Source: Gekko japonicus (Eukaryota). Taken from it: 64,000 nucleotides of DNA. This document shows positions 1 through 13,168 of this stretch, one piece after another. The stretch lies in NCBI RefSeq assembly GCF_001447785.1, contig NW_015169789.1, forward strand, positions 886,393 to 950,392, written 5' to 3'. Positions within the stretch are counted from its first letter, which is position 1. Every line of letters starts with the position of its first letter. The notes below the pieces were generated by a model that ran no database searches, had not been told where the DNA came from, and was given only the letters and a program-made list of their open reading frames with translations. A program made the translations under genes and the position numbers.

Positions 1-344
1 ATACCAGTTTATGTTATAATGCTGTTGTATGGTTCATTGTGAGGCACTTAAAAAGTGCAATAAAAAGTCTAAGCACAGTGTATGTGAGGCAGTGGCATAA
101 AGACTGGGACAGAGCAGATGCATCTGTGGATGGGGAGAAATGGTTGCCTGGCTCTGAGTTTCCATGGAGGCTGGCTGGCTGGCCGGCCTGCCTGCCTGCC
201 ACGTGGGGAGCCAGAGGTTGCTCTCCTAGCTGCGTGGTGGCAAAGAGCCAGCCTCGCACTCAGGGACCAAGGAGCAGCTGGGAACTGCTCACTCAGCGCT
301 TCCTTGCCGAGCTGCATTACAACCACATCATTGGCAGGATGGGA

Positions 345-359
345 TTGGCGAGCTGCCAA
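345..359. promoter_or_regulatory. Perfect NFI full site TTGGC-N5-GCCAA
   Basis: TTGGC GAGCT GCCAA matches the Nuclear Factor I consensus, in unique DNA ~0.5 kb downstream of the exon. Confidence 0.45.
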
Positions 360-842
360 GCAGGTAGATTACAAGTGATTAGGGACAAGAGGGGAGCCAG
401 GAAACTTAAGTGCTGAGCCACAAATGCCCATAGGGGCAGCAGGGTGCTACAATAGCCTCAACAGACACCTGCCTCCCGCAGCCCAAGCCCTCTACTGTTT
501 CAGCCCTCCCCCATCTTGATGCTGGCCCATAAATTCCCAGCTGTCTCTGGGTCTCAGTCATACTGTGGACAAGATGGCTAGAAAGATGGTGTGTGGCCTG
601 CTGCTTCCTGATGGGCCTCACTTCCCCCCATTTCCATCTACTTGAAATTTCTCCTTGGGCTTCACACCCAAGTTTGGGCATGGATTTCCCAGCCCCTTCC
701 TTCCATTTTGCATTCTTGCACAGACAACTGCCTTCCTTCTTCCTTGTTCAATTTGCTTTCCACAACTGCCCTGCACACGCCAGGCATTCTCCATGCCAAA
801 GCTGATTCCCTTTTCAGGCTGTCTTCACACAGAATCTCTTAC

Positions 843-1097
843 CGGTACTGTTTGTGTGCCCGCTATGGACTGCGTGCTGGCGTCAGTGCCCGGCTGTTCA
901 GTGTGGCTCTGTGCTGGCGTATAGAGAGTCAAGGCATGCTCAGGTACTGTGCTCTGCCCTGAGTAATCCTGTGCTGGGTGTGGGTGTGGCGGAGGAGCAT
1001 ACTCTGCAGGGATGCCATTCTGTGGGGGTGGTGGGTATGTGGCTGGAGGGTAGGGCTGGGCCATTGCGTCAGGCGGAGCCGTGGCGTCCTGGTTGCC
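843..1097 (-). CDS. RBFOX3: RBFOX3 (NeuN) N-terminal coding exon, 255 nt, phase 0/0; internal ATG (MAQPY) at 1064-1062
   Basis: The translation [85 protein letters not shown] closely matches the remembered RBFOX3 N-terminus. Acceptor tcctcag|GGC (AG at 1099-1098); donor CCG|gtaaga (GT at 842-841). Confidence 0.95.
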
Positions 1098-2266
1098 CTG
1101 AGGATACATAATGAGACAAACACGCTTACTCACTCCCTAAAACTTAATGAGAAATTGTAAACTTCGTCATGGCACATCATCAACTCCTCTTCAGAAGTGG
1201 CCGATACAGATGTGTCCGAGGGCTTCTGTCAGAGTACTTTTAGCTCCAAGCTGAAATCAAAGTATGTTCTACACACCACAGGCAGTGCTGGGTTGTGCTA
1301 AAAAATGAAAAGAAAAAGTGGTAGTCCAAATTCTGCATCATAGACATCTAGATTCTGAGGCAAAAAAAAAATAACCCTGAAGCAAATTGTGGACATTTGC
1401 AGATATGTACGAAGTTATTCTGATTTTCAGAGCACTTGAAATCTTTTGGCAAGCACAGGGGAAATTAAAGGAGAAAAGGGGCCTGGTAAGTGAAGAGAGG
1501 TGGGCTGCTGGGAGGCAGGGCAGGCACAGAGAGGCTGTTGGGAAAGATATGAAGCTCTGCTCGGCTCCTTCGGATATTGCACCAGGCGCTGCCCACACAT
1601 TATAATTTTTTTAACAGCTTCTTTGAGTGGAGACTTAAAAAAAAAAAAGCATATATTTCCAGGATGTTAGATTCTGTACTGGACACCAGCTTCTATGACT
1701 AAGTTAAAAACACAAGGAATATTACACAGCCTGGTTATGGTATATCCCTGGAGGGGAGAAAGGGTATCAGTCATGGTGGGCTTCCAGGCAGCAGGAGGCA
1801 CAGTTCCAGGTCTTGCTTATTCCAGAAGTAGGGGGTGTAATATGTGATTAACTGGATAGAATTTGAAAAAGGAGCAGGAAAGACCTGAGGAACAATACTT
1901 GTGTTTTTTTTAATGTTGACCATAGTAGAGCCATTTTCTGCAGCATCAGGCCTGCTAGATTAAAAGCGGTAAAGTTCTAAATGGAGACAACCTTTACTCT
2001 GAAATGTGTATGGAAACCCAACACCATTTGATCACGTTGCTATCCAGTTTGGTGTCTCCCACATGCCACCTAGTCCCCCACTCCTGGCCTCCAGCTGGGA
2101 TTAAACGGGTAAACCAGATTATCCTGAAACGATAAGCAAAATGCTGTCAATTTATTCAAAAGCTCTGGATTTCTGATGTCACTAACTATATCAGTACTTG
2201 AAATTGATCTTTCTTCCTGTAAAAACTGAAGCAGTTTTCAAAGGCACAGGGAATATAGGGTTTACC

Positions 2267-2688
2267 CAGGGGTCATTTCATAGAAAAAGAGGTGCAGGAG
2301 TTCATTATCATAACTCACAAGCATAACATATTTGCCTATGCCACACCCCCTGCCATCAGCGGAAGTGTGTCAGAAGGCAACGCCCACCGCTCAGGCTCCA
2401 CTGGACTGTTTTGAATTGCTAGCTATTGGGGGGGGGGGGAAGCGCACAGATCTGCCCTCACAGAGGAGAGAGAGCTTGTACCTGAATTAAACTTGGTCTG
2501 AAAGGTGCCACTGGACTGTTTTGGATTGCTATCTATGGGGGGGCTCTGCAATTTACTTGGCTGCTTCTTGCTCCTTGTGGCCCAGGGCTGCTGGGAGCAG
2601 GGGGCGGGGCTTCTTGCATGTGCCCACCCCCTGGGCTCTTTAATGCCGGAGCTCCACTCCTGTGCGCTCCTGCAGGAAATGACCCCTG
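2267..2688. mobile_element. hAT-type non-autonomous DNA transposon (MITE)
   Basis: 13-bp TIR CAGGGGTCATTTC/GAAATGACCCCTG and a perfect 8-bp TSD GGTTTACC (2259-2266, 2689-2696). Contains an internal duplication beginning ccactggactgtttt. Confidence 0.9.
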
Positions 2689-3835
2689 GGTTTACCTGTT
2701 GGTACCTGCTTGCAAGATTCATTGTGGCAGTGAGTGGTACTGTTGAAAAGAGGAGAAAAGAACTACCTTCACAAGCATTAGGCAAATTTCTGAAAACATT
2801 ACTTCCTGACCTAGAGCATTTCCAATCCCCACGCTGTCAATATTTTATCTGTGTTAGCGTGTAATTTTTATGTCTTTGTATGCCTGAACTTATGTTATGT
2901 TTTCCCTATATAAAACATTTATTTGTTTAAGATTATTAGTTTTCCTCAGGTTATTCTAAAATCTCTTGCCAGTTTTAATTCCACATGGTACTATGCTTCT
3001 TGAATAAAACAGTTCTGAGGAAACTGAAGGATGAGACTGAAAAAGAAATAAGGGATGGACAGACGTCTTGTCAGTTTCAGGGGTTCTATTTTGCATTAAC
3101 CAGGGGTTTCCTACCTATCTATGCACACATATGAGGATGGGGCAGACTGGTGGATAAAATGGCCCCCTGGAAAGCTCATTATAGTGATTGTGGCCCCTGA
3201 CCCTGCTGCCCCTTCTTCTGCTTCTTTCGCAGCTTGTTTCCTTGGTGTTATAATATGCTTTCCATAGCTGTGCTGTTGCTTTATTTTTGCGTGTTTCATT
3301 ATTTGCACAGAAGTGGTATGGGCCCTAAGGCAAGGCAAGGTTGTGCATAGGTCAGTTGGCAAAGGCTCAGCAGCCAGCCTGGCCTAGCTGGGAGCCAAGC
3401 AAGGTTGAGGCAGTGCCCCATGGAGTGAGGGTGAACTGAGCTTGGAGGGATCTCAGGGAGAGGTGACTTTCTAAGTAATGGCCCATTGGGAATTTCCCAT
3501 TGAGTTTAATGGGCAGTCTGCCCCATATGAGGAAGAGTGGTGGTGACACATCCTACCTCATATGCCCCAACATAAGATCTGGCTAATTTTGTCTTTATAT
3601 TTTAACATCAACCCAGGGTTGAGCCTTAATATGAGAAGCATGTTGACTGACTTCAACACTCCCTGGATTCATGACTGGAGTGCTAACAGTAGTTCAAAAG
3701 AGTAGCCAGTACAGGATGGCTGAGCTTGCACTATGATCTCCCATACCCTCCCGTTTGAGGAGAGAGATATGAGGGTAAATGAGAACATGTCTTCCCTCCC
3801 AAAACAAAAATCAAAAAAGACAAAAAACGAAAAAA

Positions 3836-5300
3836 GACAATTACCTACATCTCTTAAAAGTTATAAAGGAAGACTTAAAGCGTTGGGATAAAATACACCG
3901 GTCACTACTAGGTAGAATAGCGACGATTAAAAGGAATATATTACCTAGATTCCTGTTCCTGGCCCAAAATCTCCCAATAGTTAAAAAATACCAATACGTT
4001 AAAGACCTGGAGAGAGCTGTAGGGAAATTCATTTGGCAATCCAAAAAACCTAGGATTAAACTTAAAGATCTTCAGAGTACCAAAGAAACGGGAGGCTTTG
4101 ATTTGCCGAATTGGCAATTATATCATTATGCAGCCGTTATGACATGGATCAAAGATTGGGCCTCACTGGAAGATGTAACAACATTAGCTCTAGAGGGATT
4201 TGACTTAGTAATGGGTTGGCACGCTTATCTATGGTATGGAAAGGACAAAATCCATTCCAATTTCCATATGCAAATCATTAGAAGATCTCTCATTAAAGTC
4301 TGGAATATAGTAAAAGACAAAACCTATACTAAAGTGCCTATGTGGGTATCACTGTTAGAGGCTTTTGCCAAACCGTCTACAATAATGGGGGAAACGAAAC
4401 AAAGTTATGGCAATCTATTAAATGAAAAAAGAGAGTTGAAGTCTGAGGAGTTACTAATACGACAAAATATCTTGGTGGGAAAAAAATGTACCAAAAGTAA
4501 GGTATAATGAAGATAAAAAATAGGGTTTTATACGAGTTTAAATGAGATTGATAAGATTTGGTTATCGTCAAGCGATAAACTAATCCAGAAATTTTATAAG
4601 AAACTGATGGAGGATTTATTTCAAGAAGAAATGATAAAAACATATATGATAGCGTGGGTAAAAGAGATCAGACATACAATTGACACAGAGCAATGGGCAA
4701 AAACGTGGAAAACGATAAAATACTTGAGGGCAACCCCATACACTGAAAATATTTATAAAATGTTATATAGGTGGCACTGGACACCGGTAAAAATCGTAAG
4801 GTGTTTTCCAAGAGCATCCAAAATATGTTGGAGGTGTAGAAGGAATACAGGTTCATACCTTCATATATGGTGGACTTGTATTAAAATCCAGAGTTTTTGG
4901 CAAAAAATCCAAAAATATTTTTAAGGATTTTAAAAATTAATATTCCATTAACGCCAGAAATCTGTCTATTAAATATGTTACCGGATACAGTAAAATAACA
5001 TGGACATATAATAATATACATACTAACACCAGCTAGAATACTCATAGCAAAGAGATGGAAATCAGAAAATCTACCCTCTATAACAGAATTTAAAATCCTA
5101 GAAATAGCAGAAATTGACAAGTTGAATACTAACTTACAAAATAAATCAGAAAAGATCTTTTGGGATAGATGGGGAATAATATATGACTGGCTAAAGATAG
5201 AAAAAAAATTAGATAATAGAGAATGAATATGCTAGTATTTAGCACTTGATGTATTAGCAAAAGAGGAATTATATGTTGAGAAATGTATAATATTTTCAAC
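3836..5300 (+). mobile_element. 5'-truncated, disrupted L1-clade LINE (ORF2 C-terminal part)
   Basis: ORFs 3779-4507 and 4607-4924 carry L1/Tx1 ORF2 motifs (SLLGRIATIKRNILPRFLFL, FIWQSKKPRI, GGFDLPNWQLY) and a CWRC...HIWWTC zinc knuckle. The sense strand is A-rich and contains frameshifts and stops. Confidence 0.9.
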
Positions 5301-5499
5301 TAGAATGCTTTTATTTTAATTCTGTGAATGAAAAATGGAAAATAAAATTATTTTTAAAAATCAGCTTGCGGTTGGCATGTAAACACACACACACACACTC
5401 TCTCCCCCATCTTTGACTTCTACAAGTTATGACGGCCATGTGGAAAGTTGCTTGAAGCATTCTCTGTGTGGCAGCTGCACGTTGAGCTCCCAAAATTGC

Positions 5500-5947
5500 C
5501 TGGTTCTTCTGGGGCCTAAAGAGGCCAGGTTGGTTACAACGAGGGCCAGGGCCTTTTCGGTGGCAGCCCCTCACTGGTGGAACGAGCTCCCAGAGGACAT
5601 CAGGGCCCTGCGGGACCTTTTGCAGTTCCACAGGGCCTGTAAAATGGAGCTCTTCCGCCAGGCTTTTAAGTAGGGTGCCGCCTCGATTTTATGGCCCTGG
5701 CCCGATTGCCAACTGTACCAACAGCCCCACCAACTGAGGCTTTATAGCCAGGCGGGAGTTTGATGACACCATTCAGTGCACAGTAGATATCAGAAGATCA
5801 CCATCTTTTACTGTAAATTATGTCTAAACAGTATGATTTTATAGTGATAGTTTTATTGGAATGTTAATGTATATTTATTACATGGTTAGCCGCCCTGAGC
5901 CGCCATATGGCAGGGCGGGCGGGATATAAGTGTAATTAATAAATAAA
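5500..5947 (+). mobile_element. L2 LINE 3' end
   Basis: RARAFSVAAPHWWNELP...FRQAF is a typical L2 ORF2 C-terminus. It is followed by the 3' tail gccgccctgagc...gggcggga and an A-rich end. Confidence 0.85.
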
Positions 5948-6372
5948 GGGGTCAATGGTAAAGGTAAGGACTTACCTTTAAAGTTTAAAGACCAAACTGG
6001 CCTCCCTGAAGTCCCGGACTCCTCCGAAACGTTAAACTAAGGACCTTTTCTTTTTTAAAAAAAAACGAACGCCAGGGCATATCGCCGACCTTTTAAAAAA
6101 AAAAGGCGGGCGAAAATCGGAAGCCTCAGACTTCCGAACGGAAGCGGCTCTGCAACGGTGGAGAGCGATCAGACGGGGGGGGGGGTGTTAAGCGATTACA
6201 ACCGTTGTACTCAGAATACCACCACTTGGGGACCTAGTGGCAGAGTACAACGGTTTAAAGGGCTTTGCAACGGTTAGGGACGGAAGGCAGATGTTCTATG
6301 TGTGAACGCCAGTAAGTACACCGATTCCAACCGGCACCTATACCGTTGCAAATGCCCCGTCTGAACGCACCC
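5948..6372. mobile_element. CpG-rich fragment of a probable non-autonomous DNA transposon (one end visible)
   Basis: Internal inverted repeats (aaccgttgtactc 6200-6212 / gagtacaacggtt 6243-6255; tcggaag/cttccga), repeated tgcaacggt motifs, and a Harbinger-like end cgtctgaacgcaccc. No matching left TIR was found. Confidence 0.45.
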
Positions 6373-7359
6373 ATAATGTGTGTATCAGCTCATTAGTGGC
6401 TCTCTCACATTATGTGTTGGAATTTCTGTGATACCCCAGCCACTCGCTGTTGCCAGATATATCTGCTGGTGGTACAGACACTATCCATGTATATATATAT
6501 GGGAACAATCCAGAGGGTAATGTGGGTGACATGTTACTGCTCTCCTGTGGCGTGCACACACTCACACAGCCTCTTACAGGAACTCTCACACTTACAGCCC
6601 CTCTCCCTCTTCAATTACAATTTCTCTCAGTTGCCCACGAACACACCGTTTCACACTCCACTGCTCCCCTCCCATGCCACACCATGTCCCTGTTTCTTAT
6701 GCTGACAAACAGCCACAAACCCCTCTGGTTGGAGCCCAAGCGCTGCTCTCAGATGCTTTATAGCCCTCACACAGCATTGCCTCTCTCTCTCTCTCTCTCT
6801 CAGGATGAAATACATCTGCAGCTCCTGGAGCAGAGACAGGCTCCTTAATTGCGTGTGTGGTTAATTTATGACAAAGCAAGATCACAGTGGGACAGGCTTG
6901 GGTAGGCAGCTTTCTCTGCTGGAAGGGAGAAACCTTTCCACCCCAGGCCTTGTCCGTAGCCTGTTTTATTCCCCATTGTAGCCTGCTGACTGGAGGATGT
7001 CTGACAGCCCTCTTACAAGAAACACAGCAGTAACAGAAGTACATATAGAGCACAAGGAAAACACTTTTAACTTGGCAAAATCACTCAAGCACTACTCAGC
7101 TTCTTCCTGTACCATGTCAGCACCTGGTATTTTGGGAGGTAGGGTGGGGAAACATAGGTGCATCCATACTGAGGCAACGCTACCTGAGACCACATTGTGC
7201 CAACCATCTAGTTTGTTGGAAAGTAAACTGTTGAACTCGCTTGGTGCTATGCCAGAAAAGAGACACACTCAGGAACCTACGGACCCCAAATTAGGCTTCT
7301 CTGCTGGGGCGAAAGGGTGGGGCAGCACGGATGCTTCCTAGACAGTTTCCTTCAAAAGC

Positions 7360-8085
7360 TTATCATTTATTAATTTATTTTATTTACATCACTTATAGTC
7401 CACCTTTCCCACTGGGACTCAAGGCAGAGATTACGCAGAGTGAGAGTCAATACAATTAACAGGATGGGTTACTCAATAAACAATGAAATAGGATTAAGGT
7501 TGTATGAGGAAAGGCAGTCGGTCCCTCAGGTATGTCAGTCCCTGGCCATAAAGGGCTTTAAAGGTAAGGACCAGCACCTTGAAGCAAATCCGGTATGCTA
7601 TAGGCAGTCAGTGCAACACCTTTAGCACAGGCTGGATGTGCTCCCGAATTGGGAGTCCCATCAGAAGCCTGGCTACGGCATTTTGCACCAGCTGCAGCTA
7701 CCGGATTTGTGACAGGGGCAGCCCCATGTAGAGGACATTACAGTAATCCAGTCTCAAGGTGACCATCGCATGGATCACTGTTGCCAAGTCACCGCCTTCA
7801 AGGAAGGGAGCCAACTGCCTAATCAGCCAAAGATGGTAAAAGGCCGATTTGGCAGTGGCTGCTACCTGGGCCTCCATTGTTAAGGAGGCATCCAGGAGCA
7901 CTCCCAGACTCCTAACCTCCAGCGCTGGCACCAATGGCACCACTTCAAAGGTCGGGAGCGGGATCCCTACCCCCGAACCGCCGCAGCTCAAGCACAGGAC
8001 CTCCGTTGTCGTTGGATTCAATTTCAGCCATCTCAGCCTAAGCCAACCAGCCACAGCGTGTAACGCCTGTTCTAGATCTTCCGGT
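7360..8085 (-). mobile_element. L2 LINE 3' fragment
   Basis: ORF 7698-8201 contains WLKLNPTTTEVL, VRSLGVLLD, SAFYHL and RLDYCN. An (AAAT)n tail lies at ~7365-7385. Confidence 0.85.
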
Positions 8086-8089
8086 TTGG

Positions 8090-8785
8090 AGTTGGACTGG
8101 CCATTCCACAAAGTGGGGTCCACAATGGAGAAGGCATGTCTATGGGCAGCTTTTGATTTTGCCCATTTGCAGGGCTGCCACCTGCAGAAGACTTTGCTCA
8201 ACTCAGAATGCTGTCATAGGGGAAGAAGTGGTCCTGCAGATATGAGGGTCCAAGGCCACGAAGGGCTTTGTACGTGATAGCCAGTACTTTAAATTGAGTC
8301 TGGTGACTGATGGGCAGCCAGTGGGCTGACTAGAATGGGAGTAATACGTGTGCTCCATCTAGCTCCTGATAATAGCTGAGCTGCAGCATTCTGAACCAAG
8401 TGGAGTTTCCAAACTGATTCTGAGGTGAGACCAATGTACAGTGCATTACAGTAGTCTAGTCTGGATGTCACCGTGGCATGGATCCAGGTGACCAGATCAG
8501 CGGTATCAAGGTAAGGGGGGATATCTTACAGGCTCAGCTGAGCTGGGAGAAAGTCTTTTGTACAGCTGCATGAATTTGCTTCTCCAGCAATAACACTGGG
8601 TCTAATATAACCCCAAGACTCTTAACCGAGTCAGCAAAAGTCAGCTGAACTCCATCAGAAGTGGGGAGCGCAATGTTCTTCAGGATCTCTGCCTTCCCAA
8701 CCAACATTACCTCTGTCTTTCCAGGGTTTAGTTTCAGTTTGCTCTTAGCCAATTCACCACAGCAACCAGGCAGCGATTTAGGACT
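8090..8785 (-). mobile_element. L2 LINE fragment (different subfamily)
   Basis: LKLNPGKTEVMLVG, VKSLGVILD and TSRLDYCNALY...LVQNAAA motifs. Confidence 0.85.
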
Positions 8786-8809
8786 TCTGCCGTATCACCA
8801 GGAGACTTG

Positions 8810-9153
8810 CAGAGGTTCCCAACATTTTTGAGCCTGTGGGCACATTTGGAATTTTGACACAGCATGGTGGGTGCAGCAACAAAACGGCTGCCACTGAGTG
8901 TCTGCTGCAAGAGGTGGGACTGCCACAGCTTAATTTCAGTAGAACAGTGCAGATCTTTATGCTATGGTGGCAGCTGCTGCCAAAGCAATATTTTAAAAAA
9001 TCTGCATGGCCAATCAAATTTCCAATAGTCAATCAGAAGCCTTGTTGGGCAGAAGCCCTTCCTGGCCCCATCCGCTTCCTAAAAACTCTTGATGGGCGCC
9101 AGGAAAGGTGTTGGCGCGAGCCATGGCAATGGGCACCATGTTGGAGAGCCCTG
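8810..9153. mobile_element. Old hAT-like MITE
   Basis: Degenerate TIRs cagaggttcccaac / gttggagagccctg; no recognisable TSD. Confidence 0.45.
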
Positions 9154-9939
9154 GCATACAGATTAAAAAGCACTTATGGAATGCCACAGGTTAGGTCCCA
9201 CACTGATGATAACTGGTTTCTGACAGCAACCCTTAAGAGTCCGATCTGTGGGGAATGATTTGACCCAATTCGAAATGTTTTTATTTATTTATTGCTGTCA
9301 CATGAACTAGACGACCCCTCGTCGCTGTCGCAGGTCCCCTGCTGCTCCATGTATACGCCACCGCGTCCTGCCACCCGAGGAGTGGGGAGGGGGAACTACA
9401 GAGGCCTCAGACTGCCGGGATGGGAGGAGGTTACGTCACCACCCTCCGCACTCCCTTAGGTGCTGTCAGTGTTGCTTCCTCCTCCCCGGCCTCTGTTTCT
9501 GTTCCCCCTTTTATTCCTGCCCCGTGTCACCTGCTACTTCCTGTGGTCTGCCCTCCACCCTCAGTTACGGCCCCGCCCTCCCCTCTTGTACCAGGACGCT
9601 GGGCTGGGGTGTGGGTTCCTTCCAGCCCTAGCGTCCCTGCTTGTCCCGCATCTCTCTCCCTCCAGGCTGCTCTGTGCTGTGGGTGGGCCCTCACGCCGGG
9701 CCATTGGCCCAGAGCGGTCGTCTTCCCTCCTCCCGGGGCACCCCCCCCTGAGCTGGCTGTTCTCCAATGGAGGTGCTGCCCGGGTGCCTCGGGGCCGTCT
9801 TGGTGGGTCCCGAGGGCTACGGCGCGTCAGGTCGGCCCTGACCTCCGGTAGGTTCCGTTGTTGTCAGGGCTGGGGTGGGCGGTGGTGCCGGAGTCCCGAG
9901 CGGTGGCAGCCAGCCCTGGGGAGGCTCACCCTCGGGACA

Positions 9940-12090
9940 ATTGCATTTGTATTCCGCCCTTCCCACATGTGGGCTCAAGGCAGGTAACATCAAATTTCAT
10001 TTACAATATAAACAGTGATCAGATTAAAATTTAAAAATTAGAGTAAAAGTTTAACTAAAATGGCGACATAGCTGTCTATATTAGCTCCAGCAGCTGGATA
10101 GGTGGTAACCATAGGCAATTTCAGTAAGACCGCTATGCAGGGGAGGCCATGAGATTGAATGTAACCGAAGGCCTGGCAGAATAGCTCCATTCTGCAGGCC
10201 CTGAGGAACTGTAATAAGTCCCGCAGGACCCTGATCTTACGTGGGAGCTTGTTCAACCAGGTGGGGGCTAGGACTGAGAAAGCCCTGGCCCTGGTTGAGG
10301 CTAGATGGTCGTCCTTTGGGCCAGGGATAACCAGAAGCTGTTGCTCAGTGGAGCATAAGACTCTCTGGGGGGGTATATGGGGAGAGGCGATCTCTTAGAT
10401 ATGTCAGTCCTAGGCCGCTTAAGGCTTTAAAGGTTAAAACCCTCACCTTGAAGCAGATCCGGTACTCAAATGGTAGCCAGTGCAATTGGCAGAGCACCGG
10501 CTGAATGTGCGCCCACATAGGCATCGCAGTCAGTAGGTGAGCCACCGCATTTTGCACCAGCTGGAGTTTCCGGATCAGGTTCATGGGTAAGTCTGCATAG
10601 AGCGAGTTACAGTAATCCAGCCTGGAAGTGACAATTGCATGGGTCACAGTGGCCAGATCCTGAGTGGAGAGGTAGGGAGCCAGTTGCCTGACCTGCCGGA
10701 GATGATAAAAGGCAGACCTGGGCCTCCATAGAGAGCAAGGCATCCAGAAACATCCCTACATGCCTAACCCTCGAGGTTGGCACAAATGGCGCCCCCCAAG
10801 GTCCAGGAGCCTGATTCCCAACTCTACCCCACCCCGGTCCAGGCACAGGACCTCTGTCTTCAATGGATTAAGTTTCAGCCAAGTCTGCTTTATCCACCCA
10901 GACATGGTCTCTAAGCCCTCTCCAGATTTTCTGGGGCAGAGTCTGGGCGGCTGTCTATCAAAAGACAGAGCTGGGCATCATCAGCATACTGGTGGCGACC
11001 CAGCCCAAACCTCCATACCAACTGGGTGAGAGCCGCATATAGATATTGAACAGCATTGGCGAGAGGATAGCCCCCTGTGGCACTCCACACACTAAGCAGT
11101 GCCGCAGTAGACCCCCTCACCAAGTGCTACCCTCTGCCCCGACCATGGAGAAAGGAGGAAAACCATTGTAAGGCAGAACCCCTAATTCCCATGTCAGCGA
11201 GGCAGTGGGTCAATAGATCATAATCGACTGTGTCAAATGCCGTCAGATCAAGAAGCACTCGCAGCGCTGACCCGCCTCAATACAAATGTCTCCGGAGGTC
11301 ATCTGTGAGGGCGACTAATGCCGTCTCCCTCCCATGGCCAGGGTGGAAACCAGACTGGAATGGGTCCAGGATTGACATCTCATCCAGGAAGGTCTGAAGC
11401 TGGTCAGCCACCGACCTCTCAACCACCTTACCCAGGAACAGCAAGTTCGATACTAGACGGTAGTTGGCCAGGCCTGCAGGGTCCAATGATGGCTTCTTTA
11501 AGAGCAATCGTACCACTGCCTCCTTTAACCCCACCAGATGAAAGGGACAAGCTGATAATCTCTTCCAGGGGACCCAAGCTCCATTCCCATAGGCCTTAAT
11601 TAGCCAAGATGGGCACGGGTCAAGGCTGCAAGTAATAGGTTTTATAGCTGTCAGGATCCTGTCAATATCATCCTGGGAGAGTCCGCTGAAATGGTCCAAA
11701 AATGGACCCAAAGACAGATAAGGGACTTCTAGTTTCATTACTATATCAACTGTGTGAAGAGGTCCTGGTGGAGCAACATGACTGTATCTGTGGAATAGCT
11801 CACAAATCCCTCACAGCCCATAGCCAATTTTCTATTATTTTGTTTGCCTTGAGGCAGTTCAGTTAATGATCTAATAGTTCTAAATAACTGGGTCGGGTGA
11901 GAGCTCACAGACGCAATGGAGGCCACATAGAAATCTTTCTTCACGATCTTCATTACCTTCTCATAGGCTTTCATAAACATCCTATATGATGCTCTTGCCG
12001 CTTTGTCATAAGTACATCGCCACCCTCGCTCTAACCGTCTCAGGTCTCTTTTCATTCTTCATAGCTCTTGGGTATACCACATGGCTTGTT
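9940..12090 (-). mobile_element. 5'-truncated, disrupted L2 LINE (RT region to 3' tail)
   Basis: Fragments TCSLDPCPSWL, NYRLVSNL.FLGKVVE, FQSGF, QYADDAQL, SRLDYCNS and LHWLP in ORFs from 10345 to 12055; L2 tail at ~9940-9990. Confidence 0.9.
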
Positions 12091-12708
12091 TCAGGAAAGT
12101 GACACAGAATCCCTAACCAATGCTAAGCAGTCCACACTGCCAAGGATGACTCCTTCAACTTAAAGAAAAAGGCTTGGGAATTTTTAGTGGGGAAAATAAT
12201 TCCAACTTCTGCAATTGGCATTATGTGTTTTGTGCTAATTTACATGTGATTTGTGTACTCCATATTCTTGGCCACAGATGCACCATCTGGTTTTTGGAGG
12301 AATGTCTCTTTATGGGGAGTGTGGTTTCAGGCATCCTATTCACCTGGAAATGGTCATTATGGTGATTGCTGTGGGGCACGATCCAGATCCATGAAGAGAA
12401 CTTTCACTCTGGCTATGATAGATGTAGTTCAGTGAATGCACAGGGCTTTTTGTCTTCCATACACAGCAATGGGATACCTCTATTCCTGTATGCACGATGG
12501 AGGGGAACCTCCTTGGTTTGTGGCCACAGGATGGGAATGGCTGATCATTATAATGAATGAAGCTCCTCTCTCTGACTACTGGAGCCCCTATCTGGTCTAG
12601 TCTTCAGCAAACAAATAAATACATCTTCCCTGCAACAGTATGGGTTAGAAGCTAGCTAAAACATTTTAAAAGAAAGCTGTAATTTTCAAGATTGTGTCAT
12701 ACAGATTC

Positions 12709-12942
12709 TGCCCTGGCCTGGATAGCCCAGGCAAGTCCAATCTCATCAGATCTTGAAAGCTAAGCAGGGTCGACCTTGGCAAGTACTTGGAATGGTGACC
12801 TCCAAGGAATACCAGGGCCGGGACACAGAGTCAGATAATATCAAAGCCACCTCTCTGAAATGTCCTAGCCTCACTAGGCATCACCAGAAGTCACCATGAC
12901 TTCCAGGCCCGCAAGCACATACACACCCACACAAAATTAAAA
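12709..12942 (+). mobile_element. 5S rRNA-derived SINE with 21-bp TSD
   Basis: The head resembles the 5S rRNA internal promoter region (gatct...aagctaagcagggtcg...agtacttgga). TSD aagattgtgtcata(c/t)agattc at 12688-12708 and 12943-12963. Confidence 0.85.
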
Positions 12943-13168
12943 AAGATTGTGTCATATAGATTCCTACAATCTTGGCATGTCCTTACATTTGTATGTCACC
13001 TCTTCCCAAGGCTTTAGTGTGAATAATTTCATAAAATAAATAACAAAACCCACATAGTGAGTTCAGAAAACATTTAGACAGATGAGAAACATATGATGGG
13101 TTTCCAGTATGCTGAGAGTCAGGAGCTTGTTATGTAAATATTACCATATTATGATAATGGATATGGCT

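Noticed and set aside
825-1133. ORF start [12 protein letters not shown] and end VRDSV as part of RBFOX3
   Set aside because: These segments lie outside the splice sites at 1097 and 843 and are intronic read-through.
12709-12820. Functional 5S rRNA gene
   Set aside because: It is diverged from 5S, has a non-5S 5' end and body, and is flanked by a TSD, so it is a SINE.
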